Shown here one piece after another: positions 18,804-28,668 of a stretch of DNA of 64,000 nt (its first letter is position 1; every line of letters begins with the position of its first letter). Source of the stretch: Acidilobaceae archaeon (lineage in GTDB: Archaea; Thermoproteota; Thermoprotei_A; Sulfolobales; Acidilobaceae); assembly GCA_038897215.1 (NCBI GenBank), contig JAWAWX010000001.1, positions 192,001-256,000 on the forward strand, in the 5' to 3' direction. The position numbers were made by a program, and so were the translations under genes. A model generated the notes under the pieces. It was given only the letters and a program-made list of their open reading frames with translations, made no database searches and was not told the DNA's origin.

Positions 18804-19058
18804 GTGCCTGCTCTAGTAGAGGTGGTGGCTGTAGGCTCTAGGAGAGTCGGCTTGGTAGAGCTCGCTGAAAAGCTAGCAGAGCTGACTAGAGCGAGCTCTA
18901 TCGAAGTCGAGCTAGTGGAGTCAGACGAGGACTCGAAGAGCTTCAAGATAGTAGTGGAGAGCGATAGAGTAGACTTGAGGGAGCTCGAGTCAGCACTACT
19001 ACGCCTAGGCCTGGTTCTCCACGAGGTTAGGAGAGTAGCGGTTAAGACCTCCTCCTAG
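18804..19058 (+). CDS. DUF211-like small protein
   Basis: LVELA..L...IEVE..E.D...KIVVE...D...L.....G..LH.V pattern. Confidence 0.6.
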   Translation: MPALVEVVAVGSRRVGLVELAEKLAELTRASSIEVELVESDEDSKSFKIVVESDRVDLRELESALLRLGLVLHEVRRVAVKTSS

Positions 19059-19074
19059 CCCACTACCAGAGTCT

Positions 19075-19131
19075 GGCTGTGAGCGAGACCACCGACTCTG
19101 AGGAGATGATGTAGCCCAGCGATGGTGAGCC
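19075..19131 (+). ncRNA. Box C/D sRNA candidate with variant boxes, overlapping the trkH start
   Basis: GGC stem; C GTGAGCG 19079-19085; 12-nt guide; D' CTGA 19098-19101; C' ATGATGT 19106-19112; 12-nt guide; D GTGA 19125-19128; GCC stem. Confidence 0.7.
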
Positions 19132-20672
19132 GCTATTTGCCTCTACGATGGCTCGCCTACGTCTGGATAAGCCTACTGGTAGCTGGAGCGCACAGCCTAG
19201 CCTCAGGGCTCCTCGGCCTAGTAGCGTACAGGCTACTAGGAGGCGGTTCTGGCGAGCCATACCACTCCATAGTGTTCACGGTCTTCGGTCTACTCTCGCT
19301 AGCAGTAGCCTACGCTATCGCAACCCTCCCGAAGCCAGAGCTGAGTAGAGAGGAGGCTTTCCTCGTCGGCGTTCTAGTCTGGGTCTCGACGCCCCTAGTC
19401 TCCGCCATACCGCTCTCTCTCGCTCTAAGAATCCACTACGTGGACGCTCTGTTCGAGAGCGTCTCGGGCTGGACTACCACAGGGCTGACCTTGATGACTG
19501 GAGAGTACAGTAGCTTAGGGGGCTTTCTGCCCTCTCCCGAAGAGCTCCCCCCAAGCGTCCAGTTCTGGAGGAGCTTGTCTCAGTGGATGGGGGGTCTCGG
19601 GATACTGGCGCTAACAGCCTACCTGCTCGCAGGGCACAGGCTCTCGATAGCCTACCTCTACATGGTTGAGGGTAGGTTTCAGAGGATATCATCGAATATA
19701 TATGTTGCTGTGAGAGAACTCTCAGCAGTCTACATAGCGTTCACTATAGCAATCGCTATCGCGCTCTACGTGGCCGGCATGAGCTTCTACGATTCGATAC
19801 ACCACGCTATGACCAGCATCGCCACAGGAGGCTTCTCCACACACAGAGATAGCGTGGGATTCTATGGGAGCACGCTGGTCCACGTAGTTGTGCTAGCGGC
19901 TATCCTCACGGGAGCAACATCGTTTCTAGACCTGTATTATCTGCTAAGACTCAAGCTGAGAAAGCTTCTTGAAAGCGTTGAGCTCAAGGCTCTGCTCACA
20001 GTCTGCTCCATAGCCGTAGCGCTCACTACAGCTCTCTGGCTAGTAGACCCCCTGACTAGAAGCGAGTTCCCTAGCCTCTTCGCGCTAGTCTTCAGCTCGA
20101 TATCGGCTCTCGCTACAGCCGGGTTTACTGTAAGCGATATCTCTAGAGCTGACGAAGCGTACAAGTTCTTAGCGATCACGCTAATGCTCGTCGGCGGTAG
20201 CGCTTTCTCCACAGCCGGGGGGATCAAGCTACTGAGAGTAGTCGTGGTCGCTAAGAGCATCTCCTGGGAGATAGAGTCGTCTCTCAAGCCTCAGAGCTAC
20301 GTTAAGCCCAAGAGAGTAGGAGCCTACGCTCTCGACGACGCTCTGCTGAGGAGGACTCTAGTCATAGTCGCTCTATATGTAGCCAGCGTTCCCCTCTTCG
20401 CCACACTCATATGGCTCTCTCTAGGCGGGACTGTGGACTACATAGACGCTATGTTCGAATCAGCTAGCGCGATATCGGGGACGGGGCTCTCAGTGGGCGT
20501 CGCTAGAGCGAACTCACCGCTAGAGGTCAAGGCTCTCCTGTGCTTAGCGATGCTCCTAGGGAGGCTGGAGATACTAGCCTTCCTAGCGGCTCTAGCGGCT
20601 CTCGCATCGAGACTCTCTAAGAGGACCCCGCTGAGAGCCGGCTCTCTGAGGTCTCTACTCTCTCGAGTCTAG
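19122..20672 (+). CDS. trkH: TrkH-family potassium uptake protein
   Basis: FESVSGWTTTG, QWMGGLG, ATGGFS, STAGGIK, LGRLE. Confidence 0.92.
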   Translation: MVSRYLPLRWLAYVWISLLVAGAHSLASGLLGLVAYRLLGGGSGEPYHSIVFTVFGLLSLAVAYAIATLPKPELSREEAFLVGVLVWVSTPLVSAIPLSLALRIHYVDALFESVSGWTTTGLTLMTGEYSSLGGFLPSPEELPPSVQFWRSLSQWMGGLGILALTAYLLAGHRLSIAYLYMVEGRFQRISSNIYVAVRELSAVYIAFTIAIAIALYVAGMSFYDSIHHAMTSIATGGFSTHRDSVGFYGSTLVHVVVLAAILTGATSFLDLYYLLRLKLRKLLESVELKALLTVCSIAVALTTALWLVDPLTRSEFPSLFALVFSSISALATAGFTVSDISRADEAYKFLAITLMLVGGSAFSTAGGIKLLRVVVVAKSISWEIESSLKPQSYVKPKRVGAYALDDALLRRTLVIVALYVASVPLFATLIWLSLGGTVDYIDAMFESASAISGTGLSVGVARANSPLEVKALLCLAMLLGRLEILAFLAALAALASRLSKRTPLRAGSLRSLLSRV

Positions 20673-21164
20673 ACCCTCTCCCTGGTACGCTCCCTCGTAG
20701 AGTCTGTGAGGGCTCTCTAAGAGCTTGAAGAAGACTAGCTGGGCTACTCTAGCTCCACGCTGTATCCTCAGCCCTCTCTTGTTGTAGACTACTAGGAGCC
20801 CCTCGCCTCTCCCCACATAGCCCGGATCCCAGACAGTGCACCTCAAGTCGGACCCCATTCTGAGAAGGCTACTCCTCGGGAAGCATAGGGCCACCTGGTC
20901 GCCGGGGACTCTCACCACTTCGCAGAATCTGACCTTGTAGGCTCCGGGCTCCAGTAGCCACCAGCCGTCTCTGCTCTCGAGAAGGCGCCCTCTGGGAACG
21001 GCTCTCGCCTCGATCCCCAGGACTCCGGGCTCGTTGTACTCTAGCACCTCGCAGACGCTGACATCGACTCCAGCCGGCTGGATAGCGCTATCGCTAGCTC
21101 CTAGAACGCTAGAGGCGGCAACACGCCCCGGTAGAGCCACAGCAAGGCCCCCGAGACCCTTCAT
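20655..21164 (-). CDS. Trimeric dUTPase (archaeal dCTP deaminase/dUTPase family)
   Basis: QPAGVD, PRSSLLR, VWDPGY.GR, AQLVF, Y.G.YQ. Start moved to ATG 21164; exact start uncertain. Confidence 0.85.
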   Translation of the reverse strand: MKGLGGLAVALPGRVAASSVLGASDSAIQPAGVDVSVCEVLEYNEPGVLGIEARAVPRGRLLESRDGWWLLEPGAYKVRFCEVVRVPGDQVALCFPRSSLLRMGSDLRCTVWDPGYVGRGEGLLVVYNKRGLRIQRGARVAQLVFFKLLESPHRLYEGAYQGEGLDSRE

Positions 21165-21218
21165 CCTCTTTAGCTCTATCTGTAGAGGAGACCTCGATAA
21201 CACGGAGCCGGGGGGAGC

Positions 21219-22172
21219 GTGAGTCCAGCCATGGCTGTGATAGCTGTTCACGGAGGAGCCGGCTCTTGGAGAGGTAGAGACGAGGCTCGAGTAGTAGAGG
21301 CTCTGAGGAGTGCGGTCGAGGCTGGGCTCAGGGTTAGCGAGAACGGCTGTCTAGACATGGTTGTCGAGGCTGTAGCCTACCTGGAGGACTCGGGCTTGTT
21401 CAACGCTGGAACCGGGAGTATTCTCGACTACTCCGGAGGAGTCTCTATGGACGCGGGGCTCATGACTAGCTCGGGTAGAGCAGCTGGAGTAGCTGCCGTC
21501 AGGTACCCAAGGAATCCGATAAGGCTAGCCAGGGTAGTTTTGGAGGAGACCCCCCACGTGTTGCTCGTAGGGCATTGGGCTGACGAGCTAGCGGTCAAGA
21601 AAGGGCTCCCCCCGCATCCGGGGCCGAGCCCTCAAGCTCTCGAGAGATGGAGGCTCCTCAGGGAGACTCAGCCTCACCCATGGCTTAGAGCCTACGCTGA
21701 AGCTGCTAGAAAGCTTGGCTACGATACCGTGGGTGCTGTAGCGTTAGACGATAGGGGGTGTCTTGCTGCAGCAGCGAGCACGGGGGGCGTGTCGCTAAAG
21801 CTCCCTGGTAGAGTCGGGGACTCCCCGATACCCGGAGCGGGGTTTCACGCTTCAGACCTGATAGCGTCCTCGGCTACAGGCATAGGGGAGACGATCATCT
21901 TATCGATGGTCGCTTTCAGAGCCAGCTACCTCTACTCGGTGCACGGAGACCTAGTCAAGGTTCTCCACGATCTTGTCAGCGAGCATACTCTAAAATGGGG
22001 CCCTGACACTCTCGGCGTCATATCGCTGACAAGAAGCGGGGAGGTCGGAGGTTGCTACAACACTGAAGCTATGCCCTGGGCTTGGGGCTCATCAAGCGGC
22101 CGCATAGAGGTCCTAGGCCTCCCTCGTCACGAAGAGAAGTGTGTTGTGAGACGCGTAACACTCAAGCTCTAG
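21219..22172 (+). CDS. Isoaspartyl peptidase / plant-type L-asparaginase (Ntn hydrolase)
   Basis: HGGAG, FNAG.G, DTVGAVA, STGG, GRVGDSP. Confidence 0.93.
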   Translation: MSPAMAVIAVHGGAGSWRGRDEARVVEALRSAVEAGLRVSENGCLDMVVEAVAYLEDSGLFNAGTGSILDYSGGVSMDAGLMTSSGRAAGVAAVRYPRNPIRLARVVLEETPHVLLVGHWADELAVKKGLPPHPGPSPQALERWRLLRETQPHPWLRAYAEAARKLGYDTVGAVALDDRGCLAAAASTGGVSLKLPGRVGDSPIPGAGFHASDLIASSATGIGETIILSMVAFRASYLYSVHGDLVKVLHDLVSEHTLKWGPDTLGVISLTRSGEVGGCYNTEAMPWAWGSSSGRIEVLGLPRHEEKCVVRRVTLKL

Positions 22173-22205
22173 CAACTACCCCCAGTGCGAGGGCCGAGCT
22201 AGCTC

Positions 22206-24860
22206 ATGACGGTAGCCGTCACGCTAACAGATAGAGAGATTCTATCGATGCTGAGACCGTACGTTAGAGAGTGGTTTAGCGGCAAGTACGGAGCCTTCAC
22301 TGAGCCCCAGAGGCTAGCGATACCCTTGATAAAGTCGGGGAGAAACGTCCTCATATCGTCGCCCACGGGGACGGGGAAGACTCTAGCAGCCTTCCTCGGC
22401 ATAATCGACGAACTCTTCTCCATGGGCGAGAACGGGGGTCTAGAAGACTACGTCTACGTAGTCTACGTGAGCCCGCTTAGAGCTCTCAACAACGACGTGA
22501 GGAGGAATCTGCTCGAGCCTATGAGCGAGATAAGAGAGACAGCCGCCAGGATGGGGTACGAGCTACCCGAGGTTAGAGTCGCTGTTAGAACAAGCGATAC
22601 CTCTCAGTCAGAGAAGCAGAGGATGGCGAGAAAGCCCCCCCATATATTGATAACGACTCCGGAGAGTCTAGCGGTAAGCCTCGTAGCCCCCAGGTTTAGA
22701 GACAAGCTGTCTCGAGTCAGATGGGTCATTGTAGACGAGATCCACGACCTAGCCTCGAGCAAGCGTGGAGCCCACCTGATGCTCAGCTTGGAGAGACTAG
22801 AGTGGCTTGTCTCCAGCTCTACTGGGAGAGGCTTCCAGAGGATAGGGCTCTCAGCAACTATAGCTCCTCTAGAGGTCGTAGCCAGCTTCCTGGGAGGCTT
22901 CGACGACGAGGGCAGGCCTAGGAGCGTGGAGGTAGTCGACGCTAGATTCTCTAAGCCTATAGATATCCGCGTAGTAGTCCCAGACGTCGACATAATTGAT
23001 GGCCCTCCGGACAAGGTCAACGAGTCTATATACAAGAAGCTAGCGGAGCTCATCGAATCCCACAGGACGACTCTGGTATTCACGAACACTAGGAGCGCCA
23101 CGGAGAGAGTGGTCTTCAAGCTTAAGAGGATCCTCTCGAGTAACGGTCTCGAGGACCTCGACAGGATAGAGGCTCACCACTCAAGCATCTCGAGAGACCT
23201 AAGGCTATCGGTCGAGGAGAGGCTCAAGAGGGGAGAGCTTAAGGTAGTAGTCTCTAGCACGAGCCTAGAGCTCGGCATAGACATAGGATACATAGACCTA
23301 GTAGCTCTCCTAGGTAGTCCCAAGAGCACCACTAGGCTCCTCCAGAGAGTGGGTAGAGCGGGCCACAGGATAACAGAGGTCAGCAAGGGAGCGATCATAG
23401 TGGTCGATAGAGACGACCTTGTAGAGTGCAGCGTTCTAGCTAAGAGCGCTATGGAGAGAGCGATAGATAGCGTGAAGATCCCCGAGAAGCCTCTCGATGT
23501 CCTAGCTCAACACATTGTGGGGATGAGTGTAGAGAGGAGGTGGTCGATAGACGAGGCCTACAGGCTGGTGAGGAGAGCCTACAACTACAGAAACCTGACC
23601 ATGGAGGAGTTCATGAGCGTGCTCAGATACCTAGCTGGGAGATACGAGTCCTCTGAGAGCCTCGAAGCTGAGAGAGTCTACGCTAAGATATGGCTGGACG
23701 AGGAGGAGAGAGTATTCGGCAGGAAGAGAGGAGCCCGCATGATCTATCAGCTCAACTCCGGAGTCATACCCGACGAGGCTAAGATAGAGGTCGTGACCAC
23801 TTCCGGCAGGTACGTAGGCAACCTAGAGGAGGGCTTCGTCGAGATACTCGTTCCAGGAGACATATTCGTGCTTGGAGGCAGAACCTACAAGTTCCTGAAG
23901 TCAGAGGGGCTCCTAGCAGTAGTAGAGCCCGTGGAGGGAGCTAAGCCCACTGTGCCCACGTGGTATAGCGAGATGCTACCTCTAAGCTTCGAGAGCGCTC
24001 TCAGAGTAGGGAGGTTTAGGAGGAGGCTAGCTCAGCTACTCAGAGAGGGGAGAGAGGAGGAGGCTCGTAGAGAACTCGAGGAGGTCTACAGGCTTCAGCC
24101 AGAAGCAGCTAAGATAATCTTAGACTATGTGAGAGAACAGCTAGAGTACGTCGGCGAAGTTCCCGGAGACGATTTGATCCTAGTTGAGTACTTCTGGGAT
24201 AGCGAGTGGAGTATAGTCTTCCACACTCTCTACGGGAGGAGAGTCAACGACGCGCTCTCGAGAGCTCTAGCCGCGAAGCTCTCGGAGCGCATCCTAGCCC
24301 CTGTTAGGATCACGGTTACAGACAATGGCTTCATGCTGAGCTACGATGCCCCCATAGAGCCCTCTCGAGAGCTCATAGAGGAGGTGCTCGGCTCTCTAAG
24401 CCCGGAGAGCCTCTGGAAGACTCTAGAGGAGGCTGTAGAGAACACTGAGCTCTTCAAGAAGAGGTTCAGGCACGTAGCCGAGAGGTCTTTCATGATACTG
24501 AGAAGGTATAAGGGTAAAGAGAAGAGCCCCGATAGGCTCCAGCTGAGCGCAGAGAAGCTCGCTAAAGTGCTTCTAGCCTACTTCAGGCACCTTCCACCAG
24601 TCAGAGAGACCTTTAGAGAGATACTGGAAGACTACATGGACATTGAGAACGCCAGAAGAGTGCTAGAGTGGCTAAGAGAAGGCAGAATCAAAGTAGCGGT
24701 CGCTGGGCCTCTAGAACACCCATCACCAATGGCTCACAGCATAGTAGTCAAGAGCTTCAGCGACGTTGTCCTCATGGAGGATAGAAGAAGACTCCTCAAG
24801 GCTCTCAGAGAGAGGATACTAGAAGCGATCAAGTCGAGGAAGAGAGCTCCAGAGACCTAG
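22206..24860 (+). CDS. lhr: Lhr-family ATP-dependent helicase
   Basis: PTGTGKT, SPLRAL, TTPES, DEIH, GLSAT, LELGID, QRVGRAGH. Confidence 0.93.
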   Translation: MTVAVTLTDREILSMLRPYVREWFSGKYGAFTEPQRLAIPLIKSGRNVLISSPTGTGKTLAAFLGIIDELFSMGENGGLEDYVYVVYVSPLRALNNDVRRNLLEPMSEIRETAARMGYELPEVRVAVRTSDTSQSEKQRMARKPPHILITTPESLAVSLVAPRFRDKLSRVRWVIVDEIHDLASSKRGAHLMLSLERLEWLVSSSTGRGFQRIGLSATIAPLEVVASFLGGFDDEGRPRSVEVVDARFSKPIDIRVVVPDVDIIDGPPDKVNESIYKKLAELIESHRTTLVFTNTRSATERVVFKLKRILSSNGLEDLDRIEAHHSSISRDLRLSVEERLKRGELKVVVSSTSLELGIDIGYIDLVALLGSPKSTTRLLQRVGRAGHRITEVSKGAIIVVDRDDLVECSVLAKSAMERAIDSVKIPEKPLDVLAQHIVGMSVERRWSIDEAYRLVRRAYNYRNLTMEEFMSVLRYLAGRYESSESLEAERVYAKIWLDEEERVFGRKRGARMIYQLNSGVIPDEAKIEVVTTSGRYVGNLEEGFVEILVPGDIFVLGGRTYKFLKSEGLLAVVEPVEGAKPTVPTWYSEMLPLSFESALRVGRFRRRLAQLLREGREEEARRELEEVYRLQPEAAKIILDYVREQLEYVGEVPGDDLILVEYFWDSEWSIVFHTLYGRRVNDALSRALAAKLSERILAPVRITVTDNGFMLSYDAPIEPSRELIEEVLGSLSPESLWKTLEEAVENTELFKKRFRHVAERSFMILRRYKGKEKSPDRLQLSAEKLAKVLLAYFRHLPPVRETFREILEDYMDIENARRVLEWLREGRIKVAVAGPLEHPSPMAHSIVVKSFSDVVLMEDRRRLLKALRERILEAIKSRKRAPET

Positions 24861-24998
24861 AGGTCAACCGTGAGCTCTCCGGCACGCTGCTCTCCACGAG
24901 CTCTAATCGGCTTTCCCCTTCTCGGAGCTTGCTCGAGTCTATTCGCGAGAATACGTAATTATAAACATTGCGGACTCGAATCAACTACGGTGAGTAGA

Positions 24999-26261
24999 TT
25001 GAGCACTCTCAGAGACCCGTATGAGGAGGCGAAGAAGCAGCTCAGAGCGGCAGTCGAGTTGCTAGGCTTGGGGCACGATGTATACGAGGCTCTAGCTGTT
25101 CCCGAGAGAGTCGTTCAGGTCAAGATCCCCGTTAGGATGGATGATGGTAGCGTCAAGGTGTTTATTGGCTGGAGGAGTCAGCATAACAGCGCTCTAGGTC
25201 CATACAAGGGAGGTGTACGCTACCACCCCGAGACCACCATGAATGAAGTCATAGCTCTAAGCATGCTGATGACTTGGAAGTGTAGTCTAGCAGGTCTACC
25301 GTACGGTGGGGGTAAGGGCGGAGTCAGAGTTGACCCTAGGCGCTTGAGCATTGGAGAGCTCGAGAGACTGAGTAGAGGCTATCTAGCAGCTATAGCAGAG
25401 ATTGTCGGCGAAGACCTGGATATACTGGCTCCCGACGTTTACACCAACCCTCAGGTGATGGCTTGGTATTTCGATGAGTTCTCTAAGATAAAGCGCGGGC
25501 TATACTTCGGAGTAGCTACCGGGAAGCCTGCAGAGACCGGGGGCCTGGGAGCTAGAGTATACTCCACAGGGCTGGGTGTAGCCATATCGGCTAGAGAAGC
25601 GGCTAAGAAAGTGCTAGGCGGAATCGAGGGTAGAACCGTGGCGATACAAGGATTCGGGAATGTCGGAGCTCATGCCGCTCGCTTCTTGGAGGAGATGGGC
25701 GCCACCATAGTCGCAGTCAGCGATAGCAGAGGCGGGGTATTCAACTCGAACGGGTTGAAGATAAGCGAGGTCATAGACGTCAAGGAGAAGACAGGGTCGG
25801 TGGTAAACTACGATAGAGTCGAGAGGAGAGTAACGAATGAGGAGCTACTAGAGCTAAAGGTAGATATACTGATACCCGCCGCTATAGAGAACGCGATAAC
25901 AGAGGCGAACGCTAGAAGAGTCAAAGCAGAGGTCATAGTGGAGGGTGCTAACGGACCGACGACAGTCGAGGCTGAGAGAATGCTGACAGAAGCGGGGGTC
26001 GTCATAGTGCCAGATATCCTAGCTAACGCTGGGGGAGTGATAATGAGTCACATAGAATGGGTCAATAACAGAATAGGAGGCTGGATAACAGAAGAGGAGG
26101 CTAGGAGAAAGCTAGAGGAGAGAATGATGACATCATTCAATACAGTGTGGAGCTTCTGGGACACAAAGCTAGACAAGAGCAAGCACAACCTTAGAGCAGC
26201 AGCTTACGCTATAGCCGTGGATAGAGTGGTTAGAGCTATGAAGCTCAGAGGCCAGCTTTGA
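24999..26261 (+). CDS. gdhA: Glutamate dehydrogenase
   Basis: GPYKGG.RY, GGGKGG, APDV.T, QGFGNVG, EGANGP, PDILANAGG. Start set at TTG 24999, after a GGTGA SD-like sequence. Confidence 0.93.
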   Translation: MSTLRDPYEEAKKQLRAAVELLGLGHDVYEALAVPERVVQVKIPVRMDDGSVKVFIGWRSQHNSALGPYKGGVRYHPETTMNEVIALSMLMTWKCSLAGLPYGGGKGGVRVDPRRLSIGELERLSRGYLAAIAEIVGEDLDILAPDVYTNPQVMAWYFDEFSKIKRGLYFGVATGKPAETGGLGARVYSTGLGVAISAREAAKKVLGGIEGRTVAIQGFGNVGAHAARFLEEMGATIVAVSDSRGGVFNSNGLKISEVIDVKEKTGSVVNYDRVERRVTNEELLELKVDILIPAAIENAITEANARRVKAEVIVEGANGPTTVEAERMLTEAGVVIVPDILANAGGVIMSHIEWVNNRIGGWITEEEARRKLEERMMTSFNTVWSFWDTKLDKSKHNLRAAAYAIAVDRVVRAMKLRGQL

Positions 26262-26264
26262 CTC

Positions 26265-27179
26265 CTAGAGAGCTAGGAAGAATCTGAGTATATCTGTTCT
26301 AGTCAGTATGCCTACTGGTTTCTTCTGGTCGTCTACTACCAGGAGCCTACCTACCCCGTAGAAGTCCATTATCCTCATCGCTTCAGTCAGGCTTTCCTTC
26401 TCGTTCACCACGAAGATCGTCTTCCTCATGTAGTTCGTTACGCTCGCGTCCAGGTCTTCTCTATTGGCTACTGCTTGAGCTATATCGCTTGTCGTGATGA
26501 ACCCGACGACTGTGCCCTCGCTATCGAGTACTGGAGCTCCTCTGATACCGTGTTCTGAGAGTACTCGAGCAGCATCCCTCAGCGTCATAGTGTAGTCTAG
26601 CGTGATAAGGTTACGAGAGCATACACTCCCCACTTGCTCGTCCGGGATCACTGCGAGCTTAGAGATCTCGATCAAGACCTCTGATGAACTCACATCTCTC
26701 CTCTGAACTATCCCTTCGACTACGAACCTCTTCTTAGGCACGCTCTCCAGCCTGACTCTCCTCTTCTCCTCGATCTTGCCCACGTCTCCCGCGACTTTGA
26801 CTAGAGCTCTCGGCTTCTCTGAGGTGAAGATGTCTAGGAGCTCTAACGAGATAGCAGCGAGTCTAAGCTCTTCTCTAACTCCTTCTCTATCGTAGACTAC
26901 CAAGAATCCGTACATGGGTCTAGCTATGTAGGTAGTGGTTCTCACAACCTCGTAAGCCTTGAGAGTCGGGATGTAGCCGCCAGCAGGCCCTGTTTTGCTC
27001 TCAACGAAACCCATGCTCTTCAACCACATCACGGCATTTCTGACAACCCACTCTTCTTTATTCAAGTATTTCGCTATGTCTCTCGTTTTCACCATCTTCT
27101 TACTCTGCTCGTAGATTCTTATCAGAGCTTCTAGGACCTCTCTATGGATAGGCTTGATGCTAGAGTAGGGTGTAGCCAT
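26265..27179 (-). CDS. HrcA-like wHTH plus CBS-pair transcriptional regulator
   Basis: N-terminal wHTH (VRNA...GFVESKTGPAGGY.PT); two C-terminal CBS domains; ATG 27179 after GGTGG. Confidence 0.85.
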   Translation of the reverse strand: MATPYSSIKPIHREVLEALIRIYEQSKKMVKTRDIAKYLNKEEWVVRNAVMWLKSMGFVESKTGPAGGYIPTLKAYEVVRTTTYIARPMYGFLVVYDREGVREELRLAAISLELLDIFTSEKPRALVKVAGDVGKIEEKRRVRLESVPKKRFVVEGIVQRRDVSSSEVLIEISKLAVIPDEQVGSVCSRNLITLDYTMTLRDAARVLSEHGIRGAPVLDSEGTVVGFITTSDIAQAVANREDLDASVTNYMRKTIFVVNEKESLTEAMRIMDFYGVGRLLVVDDQKKPVGILTRTDILRFFLAL

Positions 27180-27424
27180 TAAACCACCATCTGATGGTTT
27201 CTTGTCGAAGCTTAAAAATCTATCCAGTAGATTCACTAGAGATTCAAGCTCGGCTAGCATCACTCCGACTCTCGCGAATCCAGCCTAGCTCTCACTCCCG
27301 AGCTACAGTTAAGGCGCCGCTCAGACGGGCTACTCGAGTCGTAGAGTAGAGAGTGCTCCAGGTATACGCGTAGACACGGAGCGGAGACCCGGGGGGAGAT
27401 TGTGGAGGGCGAGGCTCTAGTCTT

Positions 27425-28216
27425 CTACCTTCGCTGAGCTTCTCTTAGCGTCTTCTGCTTCTCTCTTCTAGCTTTCGGGGCTCCTAGCAGGTTTTGGAGA
27501 TGCTTAGGGCTAGCTTTAAAGACCTCCATTGCTATGATTCTTATGTAGTCGTCGTCCGGCATTCTCTTCTTAGAGAGCCCTAGCTCTAGCGCTAGAGCTC
27601 GCTTAGCCGCCTCCTTGGTTATCTTATCCTTTATCTCTCCTCTGCTTATCGCCTCCGCTATCTTGAAGGCCACGTAGAACTTAGCGTAGTTGCTCGCAAC
27701 CTTCTCCTTGTCCGGGAAGACTTCTCTAAGCTTTTTGAGTAGCTGGAGGAACGTCTCGTCTCTATCGAACCCGAAGTATACCTGGACCATCTTCAGCCTG
27801 AGGATCCTGGCTAGAGTGTTATCGTCCGGGCTCCCGCCCAGCAGTATTCTCACGCGTTCTCTAGCTCTCTCAGGGGGCTCCGATAGGATGATCGATATCG
27901 CGTTCTCGTACTTGTACTCTTCGACGAATATCTTGTCGAAGAGTTCAGAGTACTCTTCCTCCAAGCCCATCCCGTACCTACCTACAACGTATAGACTTGA
28001 TAACTCCTTATCGTATATGTCCTGAGGGTTAGAGGCGCCCTTGATTGGAGCTATCTTCTCTCTCTTGTAGACTTCAGAGAGCACTCTAGCTATATCGTGC
28101 CTGGTTAGAGCTCCCCCGGACTCCTCCCACATCTCTATGATCTTCTGCCAGACATCCATGAGGATGTTTATGCGTGTCTTGACGTCGACCACTCTCCTCT
28201 TCGTCAACACCACCAC
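27425..28216 (-). CDS. DUF2192-like crenarchaeal protein
   Basis: DIYDKELSSLYVVGRYGMGL; KFY.AF.IAEAI..GEI. Confidence 0.65.
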   Translation of the reverse strand: MVVLTKRRVVDVKTRINILMDVWQKIIEMWEESGGALTRHDIARVLSEVYKREKIAPIKGASNPQDIYDKELSSLYVVGRYGMGLEEEYSELFDKIFVEEYKYENAISIILSEPPERARERVRILLGGSPDDNTLARILRLKMVQVYFGFDRDETFLQLLKKLREVFPDKEKVASNYAKFYVAFKIAEAISRGEIKDKITKEAAKRALALELGLSKKRMPDDDYIRIIAMEVFKASPKHLQNLLGAPKARREKQKTLREAQRR

Positions 28217-28328
28217 GCTCGCTTATCCTCCAAGGCATCGGCTGTAGTTGAGCGCGTCTTAATCAAGCTTTAAGGTCTAGCTCGAGCCTAATATCTCCTA
28301 GGGGTCGCTTATAGCGAGCTCTTGGTTC

Positions 28329-28493
28329 TTGAGAGAAGAGGTGAGAGTAGTCAAGTCGAGCGAGTGCGGGGGGCTTAGCGAGTGCTCTCGAATCTGTAGC
28401 GAGGACTTAGTGATAGTAGCTAGACCAGAGGAGCTTCTAGAGAGTGGAGTGCTCCCGAGAGACTGCGTGGTGGTGGTAGAGGATATTGGCTAG
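28329..28493 (+). CDS. Small Cys-containing hypothetical protein (54 aa)
   Basis: Below the track cutoff; MREEVRVVKSSECGGLSECSRICSEDLVIVARPEELL...; overlaps the next ORF in operon style. Confidence 0.45.
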   Translation: MREEVRVVKSSECGGLSECSRICSEDLVIVARPEELLESGVLPRDCVVVVEDIG

Positions 28494-28668
28494 GCTTGTA
28501 GTAGCGATGCTAGCATCGCTCGATCTAGAGCCTCCCGTTGACGTGTCTACAGAGTGGGTTAGCGGACCTCTCTGGAGCGTCTGGCGGTTAGCTATTCTAG
28601 CTCTTCTACTACTAGCTCTACTGTTAAGCTTGGTGGCTGAGATTGGCTTTGCTGAGAGAGGTGGGTGA
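28486..28668 (+). CDS. Small single-TM membrane protein
   Basis: 60 aa with a hydrophobic C-terminal helix; overlaps both neighbours. Confidence 0.45.
   Translation: MARLVVAMLASLDLEPPVDVSTEWVSGPLWSVWRLAILALLLLALLLSLVAEIGFAERGG

Noticed and set aside
27186-27198. ACCATC-T-GATGGT palindrome at the CBS regulator ribosome-binding site
   Set aside because: A single 6-bp dyad is expected by chance in 64 kb; autoregulation is possible but unsupported.
27243-27325. Possible variant C/D sRNA on the - strand (GUGAGAG...GCGA...GUGAUGC...UUGA)
   Set aside because: Spacing is irregular, the D'/C' pair is not complementary, and there is no terminal stem.
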